DNA of 64,000 nucleotides from an uncultured bacterium (GTDB taxonomy: Bacteria > Acidobacteriota > HRBIN11 > JAKEFK01). This document shows, piece by piece, positions 57,881 to 64,000 of the stretch. Position numbers and translations under genes: made by a program. The notes under the pieces were generated by a model. The model was not told the origin of the DNA. It was given only the letters and a program-made list of their open reading frames with translations, and did not search any database. The first letter of the stretch is position 1; the number at the start of each line of letters is the position of its first letter. The stretch lies in assembly GCA_963777505.1 (NCBI GenBank), contig CAVZQN010000003.1:256001-320000 (forward strand), read 5' to 3'.

Positions 57881-59008
57881 ATGCCCAGAAAAATCAGAGT
57901 CTTGTTAACGGTTCCTCATCTTCATAGCACCCAGAGTCCCTACAGGGAAATGATTGCGATTGTCCGCTATCTTCCGAGAACTGAGTTTGAATTGACAGTA
58001 TGTGCCCTGCGGGATACTCCAAATGAGGATACAGTTTCAGTGCTGAATTTGTATCGAATTCCATGGATGATTGCGCGTTTCCGGCCGCGAGGGAAAACGT
58101 TTAAGAAAATGTTTGAAAGCCTTCGGGATCAAAAGGTTATCGATCAAAAAGGTCCTTTTGATATTCAACATTCATTAGACTTCACCTCATCTCCATTTGA
58201 AGCCTATATGGCTCACAGGAAAGGGAGACTATATATTTTTAGCCAACGAAATCTAAATGAAGGCGGAAATAGCGCATTACTTCGTCTAAAGTCTCTTCTT
58301 GCAGACAAAATTATTGCCATTTCAGATCAGACGTTGAACCTGGCGCTGAATCACGGTGCATCCGCTTCGAAACTAAAAAAAATTCATAACGGAATTGATA
58401 TTCAGGATATTAAGAAAGAAGACGGGTTATCCGAACAATTACCTTTCAAAAGATTTGTTCTTTCCGTTGGGCACGTGGAGCGTCGAAAACGGCATGAAGA
58501 TGCAATTAGAGCTTTAGCTAAACTGGATCCTAAAGAGGATGAACTTCATCTCGCAATTGCCGGCGGCATTCATGATCAAGATTATTTTCAGGAATTGCAA
58601 AAACTCATCCAGAAGCTCAATCTGAGCGACCGTGTGAGTTTTTTGGGAAGCAGAAAAGACATTATTAGTTTAATGAAAAGGGCTGAACTTCTAATTCTGT
58701 GTTCTGAAAGTGAAGGAGGCGGACCACCCTGGGTCTTACTGGAAGCCATGGCGGTGGGACTGCCTATTGTAGTTTCTGATATCGATGGAAATACCAAAGC
58801 GATCACAAATGGAGAAACCGGAATTATTGTCCCTGTGGCAAACGTACCGGCATACGCTCAAGCTATTTCATTGTTGTTGAATGATCATACTGTTCGAAAT
58901 ACTCTTGCTGAAAATTCTGAGAAGCTCTTGAATGAGAGGTTTTCTGCACAAGCGATGGTTGATAATGTGTCAAATGTGTATAGAGAACTCATAAATTCAA
59001 GCAACTAA
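57881..59008 (+). CDS. Glycosyltransferase family 4
   Basis: RRKRH and SESEGGGPPWVLLEAMAVGLP motifs. Confidence 0.9.
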   Translation: MPRKIRVLLTVPHLHSTQSPYREMIAIVRYLPRTEFELTVCALRDTPNEDTVSVLNLYRIPWMIARFRPRGKTFKKMFESLRDQKVIDQKGPFDIQHSLDFTSSPFEAYMAHRKGRLYIFSQRNLNEGGNSALLRLKSLLADKIIAISDQTLNLALNHGASASKLKKIHNGIDIQDIKKEDGLSEQLPFKRFVLSVGHVERRKRHEDAIRALAKLDPKEDELHLAIAGGIHDQDYFQELQKLIQKLNLSDRVSFLGSRKDIISLMKRAELLILCSESEGGGPPWVLLEAMAVGLPIVVSDIDGNTKAITNGETGIIVPVANVPAYAQAISLLLNDHTVRNTLAENSEKLLNERFSAQAMVDNVSNVYRELINSSN

Positions 59009-59051
59009 CATTGGATCTCTACGAAAAAAAATCTTATTGTCCTTCTAATAT

Positions 59052-60263
59052 ATGAGAATTGTTCTTTCCGTAATTCATTTTCCGAGATACTCGGAATCTT
59101 TTATCGTAAATAAATTTGTAGGTTTACTGGATCAGGGCTTGGACGTTCGTCTGGTGTGTTCTGCCAGTAATTTTGGCGAATGGCGCCGATTGTATTCGAG
59201 TATTGGAAATTACAAACGCATCTGGTCGCGAATCTATGAAAGCTGGCCGCAAGAGCCCGTCTGGCTGGCTGCGCTGTTGTTGCCCTTCATATTCATTAAA
59301 TGTTTCTTAATAAACCCTAAGGGAACATGGAGATATATATCAAAAGGAAAGGCTCTTTTTCCCGGAAAGCTCCTGCGGAATTTTTATTCGGATGCAGTCT
59401 ACATTGCATTGAAGCCGGATGTTCTCCATTTTGAATTTGGAACGCTTGCCGTGGGAAGAATGCACTTGAAAGAAATATTAGAATGCAGAGTCTTTGTGAG
59501 TTTCAGAGGATATGACTTGAATTATGTCGGGCTTAACAAACCAGATTATTACCGTGATGTATTTGAGCAAGCAGATATGATCCATTTGCTTGGTGAGGAT
59601 CTCTGGAAAAGAGCACAACGTCGAGGCTGTAGCCCCGAAAAGAAACATGTGCTCATCAGCCCAGCAATTGATCCGTCCCTTTTCCAAATCGATGAGAACA
59701 GAATTGCTCCGAACGGGAAAATTCGCATTATCAGTGTAGGAAGATTGGAATGGAAAAAAGGATATGAATATGCTCTGCAGGCAATCCGCTCACTGCGAGA
59801 TCAGGGCATTGATTGCGAGTACAAGATTATAGGAGATGGAAAATACTTAGAATCCCTTTCATTCATTCGATCAATCCTTGGATTGGAGGAAGTAGTCACA
59901 TTTTTAGCATCGTGTGAGCAGAAAAAAGTTCGCGAAGAATTATTGAATGCTGACATATTTTTGCACGCGGCAGTTTCAGAAGGATTTTGCAATGCAGTCA
60001 TTGAAGCGCAAGCAATGAAACTTCCTGTAGTTTGTTCTGATGCAGACGGGCTTTCTGAAAATGTTGAAGATGGCGTTACTGGTTTTGTGGTCTCCCGCAG
60101 GAATGGAGCCGCTTTAGCTGAAAAAATCAGCATTCTCGCCAGAGATCAGCAGCTGCGACAGCAAATGGGGGAAGCGGGCAGACAAAGAGTTTTGCAACAT
60201 TTCTCCAAGGCAGATCAAATTGAGGCATTCCGAAATTTGTACCAACAATTCGGGAATTCATAA
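59052..60263 (+). CDS. Glycosyltransferase family 4 (WcaL-like)
   Basis: SESFI, GRLEWKKG and SEGFCNAVIEAQAM motifs. Confidence 0.92.
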   Translation: MRIVLSVIHFPRYSESFIVNKFVGLLDQGLDVRLVCSASNFGEWRRLYSSIGNYKRIWSRIYESWPQEPVWLAALLLPFIFIKCFLINPKGTWRYISKGKALFPGKLLRNFYSDAVYIALKPDVLHFEFGTLAVGRMHLKEILECRVFVSFRGYDLNYVGLNKPDYYRDVFEQADMIHLLGEDLWKRAQRRGCSPEKKHVLISPAIDPSLFQIDENRIAPNGKIRIISVGRLEWKKGYEYALQAIRSLRDQGIDCEYKIIGDGKYLESLSFIRSILGLEEVVTFLASCEQKKVREELLNADIFLHAAVSEGFCNAVIEAQAMKLPVVCSDADGLSENVEDGVTGFVVSRRNGAALAEKISILARDQQLRQQMGEAGRQRVLQHFSKADQIEAFRNLYQQFGNS

Positions 60264-60268
60264 CTGAT

Positions 60269-61897
60269 ATGCAGTCAAAAGAAAAACAGATCGATCTCAT
60301 TTGGTTGGGTAATAGTGCGTCAGCTCCATCGTGGAATTTGGGTCGTGTTCTTGAAGTAAAAGCAACAGTACGTGATCTGCGAGACGCTGTCGCGAAACAT
60401 CTTCTGGATTCCCCTGGAGATTTATTACTCTTCTGGGATAGCCGCTTACCGGCGCCAGATCCCGTTACTATTCAAACGATTCAGGCGACCAGAGGTGATC
60501 TCTGGCATGCCGGACTTCGACTCGGCTTGCAAGGTAAACCTTCATTAGTTTATTCGGTAGTATCTACCTGGCTGCTCAATGCCGATTCTGATCCGATGAT
60601 TTCTTCCACTTCATGGCGTTTATCTCTGCGGGCTGCATTAATTCCTTCGAGTGTATTAAGTCGATTTGATTTCATTCGACCTGAATTTGAAAGCATTGAT
60701 ACGGCATCACTTGAGTTGGGGTACAGATTGCTAACCAACGGAGTATTGATGCGTCATACGCCTGAACTTGTTCCGCAGCCTCACAATGAAATTGCCACAG
60801 AAATTTCGTTTAGCGATGAAGTTCGCTTTATATCTTCGTGCTATGGAAGATTTTGGACGAAATGGGCATTGTTTCGCGCCGCGCTTAACAAAAGGATCGA
60901 TTTTGGTTCCATTCGCAAGGAACTAAAAACAAATGTGCTTTCTGCTTCGAAAAAATACAAACCGTATCACTCATGGACTGATCACAATAAGCCATCCGTT
61001 GATAAAGGTAATGTAACCGTACTCATTCCAACCCTCGACCGATATATGTACTTACGCAAATTGCTCGGGCAGTTAAGGCACCAGACTGTGAAACCACTTG
61101 AGATTTTGGTTATCGATCAGTCTAAAGACCGCGATGTTTCATTGGCGGCTGATTTTAAGGATCTTCCTTTACAAGTTCTTCATCGGGATCAAGCAGGTCA
61201 ATGCTCTTCCAGAAATGCTGGACTGCAGATCGCAAAAGGAGAATATGTTCTATTTCTTGATGATGATTCTGAAATACCAAATGATTTGATTGAAAAACAT
61301 TTGAAGAGCATTCGCCATTTTCAGGCTGATGCATCTTCCGGAGTAGCGGAAGAGATTGGTGCCGAACCGCTTCCAGAGTATTTCAAATTGATTCGCGCAA
61401 GCGATGTTTTCCCTACGAATAATACTTTGATTCATCGTTCTGTTTTAGAGCGTTCAGGTTTATTTGATCTTGCATATGAACGCGGTCAGCGTGCTGATGG
61501 AGATCTCGGCATGCGAGTTTATTTAAGCGGGGGATTCATGGTGTTAAATCCTGAAATTCGTATCCTGCATTATCATGCTCCCAGTGGAGGGCTTCGCGCG
61601 CACAAGGCACGTGTTATTACATACGCAAGCAGCAGGAATACTCTGATGCACCGGCATCTACCAAGTACGACCGAAATTTATTTGTCTAAAAGATATTATT
61701 CCTCCGAAATTTTGAAGGAAATGTTGTGGCTTCGCGTGGCCGGAACATTCAGCATCCGCGGCTCCAAGATTAAGAAAGCCGCAAAAGTTTTGGTAAGCGG
61801 ATTGCTGCTTCCCCATAGTCTGATTGTAATTAAACGGAGAATAAAAGAAGCAAACGAAATGTCTCAACACTTTCCTCAAATTCCTTTTCCAAGCTGA
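60269..61897 (+). CDS. Glycosyltransferase family 2 with an N-terminal extension
   Basis: VLIPTLDR, IDQS, RNAG, FLDDD and GLFD motifs. Confidence 0.88.
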   Translation: MQSKEKQIDLIWLGNSASAPSWNLGRVLEVKATVRDLRDAVAKHLLDSPGDLLLFWDSRLPAPDPVTIQTIQATRGDLWHAGLRLGLQGKPSLVYSVVSTWLLNADSDPMISSTSWRLSLRAALIPSSVLSRFDFIRPEFESIDTASLELGYRLLTNGVLMRHTPELVPQPHNEIATEISFSDEVRFISSCYGRFWTKWALFRAALNKRIDFGSIRKELKTNVLSASKKYKPYHSWTDHNKPSVDKGNVTVLIPTLDRYMYLRKLLGQLRHQTVKPLEILVIDQSKDRDVSLAADFKDLPLQVLHRDQAGQCSSRNAGLQIAKGEYVLFLDDDSEIPNDLIEKHLKSIRHFQADASSGVAEEIGAEPLPEYFKLIRASDVFPTNNTLIHRSVLERSGLFDLAYERGQRADGDLGMRVYLSGGFMVLNPEIRILHYHAPSGGLRAHKARVITYASSRNTLMHRHLPSTTEIYLSKRYYSSEILKEMLWLRVAGTFSIRGSKIKKAAKVLVSGLLLPHSLIVIKRRIKEANEMSQHFPQIPFPS

Positions 61898-61916
61898 AAC
61901 ATACCGGACAAAAATC

Positions 61917-63041
61917 ATGAACCTGCATGTTCTACATCTTATTGATACACTTTCAAACGGTGGTGCTGAAAGGATGCTTGTAGACATTGCCAATCAAACA
62001 ATTCAAGACGGAGGGCGTGCTTCTGTTTGTGTAACCCGGTCCGGTGCAGAAATTGCAGGCGAGCTCGATTCTAAAATCGAACTTTGCATATTAAACAGGA
62101 AGAAAAGGTTTGATTCGAAAGCAATGGGCCAGCTGGCAGATTTCGTAAAAACACGAAATGTAGACATCGTTCATTGTCACGGAAGATCTACTTTTAGTCT
62201 TGCCGCTGTTTCACGCGCAATCGGCGGTATTCAAACTCCACTCTTGCTCCATGATCATTACGGAAAGATAGAAATGGATACTTCAATACCTTTCTGGTTC
62301 AGAATATGGGGGAAGCACTATGTCAACGCATATGTAGGAGTCTCTGAAAATTTGGGAAGATGGGCTCATTCAGCGGGTGTGAAAGGTAGAAAAATTAATG
62401 TAATTGACAATGCATTAAATCTTGCAAGGGTTCAACAGAGCAATTTGTTAAATCTTCGTGAGAAATTTGGAATCCCTGAACAATCTTTGATTGGAATTGT
62501 AGTTGCAGGGCTGCGTTATGAAAAAGGGATCGATTTCCTGATTGAAGCCCTTTCAAAATCAAAGAGTTTGTCAAAGTTTCACGTTGTGATTGTCGGCGGT
62601 CAACGTGAAAATGGATATCTTACGCAATGCAACGCTTTGGCAAACAAGTTAGGTATTTCTGATCGGATTATTTTTGCCGGCGAGCAGAACGATTCCGCTG
62701 CGTGGGTTCGGGGTGCGGATTTTGCAATCATTTCTTCCCGTTCAGAATCGGGACCGCTTGTTTTAATTGAATATCTTGCAGCAGGTCTTCCTTTTGTAGC
62801 AACACTGGCAGGTTCTATTGCACGAACTGCGGCCGATAACGGCGTTCCTGGATTTGTAAAGCGAGACAACCTCATTGAATTTACACGCGAAATCGATGCT
62901 CTTGTTCAACTGGATCCCAGAGCTAGAGCAGAAAGGGGGAAGATTGGAAAGGCTGTTGCTGAGAGAATGTTTGATATTCGACAATCGATGCCGCAATGGT
63001 ATCGAGTCTATGGCGACGCACTGAATCAACAATCAGCGTGA
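61917..63041 (+). CDS. Glycosyltransferase family 4
   Basis: GGAER, EKG and SESGPLVLIEY motifs. Confidence 0.9.
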   Translation: MNLHVLHLIDTLSNGGAERMLVDIANQTIQDGGRASVCVTRSGAEIAGELDSKIELCILNRKKRFDSKAMGQLADFVKTRNVDIVHCHGRSTFSLAAVSRAIGGIQTPLLLHDHYGKIEMDTSIPFWFRIWGKHYVNAYVGVSENLGRWAHSAGVKGRKINVIDNALNLARVQQSNLLNLREKFGIPEQSLIGIVVAGLRYEKGIDFLIEALSKSKSLSKFHVVIVGGQRENGYLTQCNALANKLGISDRIIFAGEQNDSAAWVRGADFAIISSRSESGPLVLIEYLAAGLPFVATLAGSIARTAADNGVPGFVKRDNLIEFTREIDALVQLDPRARAERGKIGKAVAERMFDIRQSMPQWYRVYGDALNQQSA

Positions 63042-64000
63042 GACTTTTAATCATTTCTAATATGTCGCATTACCTCAAAGACGGCCGTGTCTTTGGTTGG
63101 GGTCCAACTGTGCAGGAAATAAACCATCTATCTAAACTTTTTGATAGTGTGAGGCATATCGCATTTTTACATCCGGAGCAGGCGCCGGCTTCTTCCTTGC
63201 CCTATGAGTCTAAGAATATTTACCTTGTTCCTATGAGTCCCAGCGGAGGCAAGAGATGGTACAACAAATTCAAGATTTTATTCCTGGCGCCAAAATATGT
63301 TTGGACAATTCATAAAGAGTTGAAGAATGCTGATGTCGTTCACCTTCGTTGTCCTGCAAATATCACTCTGCTTGCTCTTTTGTATTTATCATTTTCAAAG
63401 AATCCTGCAAAAAGATGGATCAAATATGCAGGCAACTGGAAGCCTGATCAAAAGGAAGCCTGGTCTTACACCGCTCAACGGTGGTTGTCGCGGCGCGGCT
63501 TTCATTGCGGTGTTGTGACTGTCAATGGAAATTGGAAAGGTGAACCTGAGTTCATACACTCTTTCCCTAACCCGTGTCTGGACAAAAATGAATTGGATTC
63601 TGCAAAAGAAATCGGAATTCGAAAGGAAATCGCCGATCCGATTCAGCTGATGTACAGTGGCCGATTAGATGAAGAAAAAGGAGTAGGCCGGTGTCTCCAA
63701 ATCGTATCCATTCTTAAAAAGAGAAATATCTCTGCGCGATTGGATGTGGTTGGCGACGGCGCTCTGCGGAAAACCTTCGAAGGGATGGCTCGATCTCTCA
63801 ATGTTGATGACATCGTGAATTTCTACGGTTGGCTTCCGCGTACAAAACTTCCTGAAATTTATGCAAAGGGCCATATATTCTTATTCCCGAGTTCAAGCAG
63901 TGAAGGCTGGCCCAAAGTCTTGAGTGAATCGATGGCATATGGAATGGTTCCGATAGCCGGACGTATCAGCAGTATTCCGCAGTACTTAGAAATGTTCGAG
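63038..64000 (+). CDS. Glycosyltransferase family 4 (runs off window edge)
   Basis: Not in the ORF track. GTG overlaps the upstream stop. MRLLIISNMSHY...GRLDEEKG...SEGWPKVLSESMAYG. Confidence 0.85.
   Translation, partial: MRLLIISNMSHYLKDGRVFGWGPTVQEINHLSKLFDSVRHIAFLHPEQAPASSLPYESKNIYLVPMSPSGGKRWYNKFKILFLAPKYVWTIHKELKNADVVHLRCPANITLLALLYLSFSKNPAKRWIKYAGNWKPDQKEAWSYTAQRWLSRRGFHCGVVTVNGNWKGEPEFIHSFPNPCLDKNELDSAKEIGIRKEIADPIQLMYSGRLDEEKGVGRCLQIVSILKKRNISARLDVVGDGALRKTFEGMARSLNVDDIVNFYGWLPRTKLPEIYAKGHIFLFPSSSSEGWPKVLSESMAYGMVPIAGRISSIPQYLEMFE

Overview
A 64 kb, moderately AT-rich bacterial window. The Oar-like TonB-dependent receptor, ECF/kinase pair and large modular secreted proteins suggest an Acidobacteriota-like diderm, which is inference only. 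The left half (1-25 kb) holds housekeeping and accessory genes. These include an ankyrin protein, M48 peptidase, aldehyde dehydrogenase, malQ, a MarR-arsM-arsN2 arsenic module with a visible duplicated operator, and an ECF sigma-Ser/Thr kinase-SRPBCC operon. It also holds a LytS/LytTR/TonB-receptor module with pseudokinase and pseudo-receiver parts, plus a LytTR-type triple repeat in front of an unannotated small ORF. The right half (25-64 kb) has two paralogous secreted beta-helix proteins, then a large surface-polysaccharide locus: wzc, widely separated wzm and wzt, two AsnB-like amidotransferases, many glycosyltransferases and a CDP-sugar modification cassette. The most notable observation is that two otherwise unrelated secreted proteins 37 kb apart end in the same ~170-aa basic C-terminal domain (CSxC...(I/L)LIY-stop), a candidate lineage-specific sorting or anchoring domain. 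Two genes carry apparent +1 frameshifts. I saw no CRISPR array, rRNA, tRNA or mobile element. All calls come from motif recognition by eye; no searches were run.
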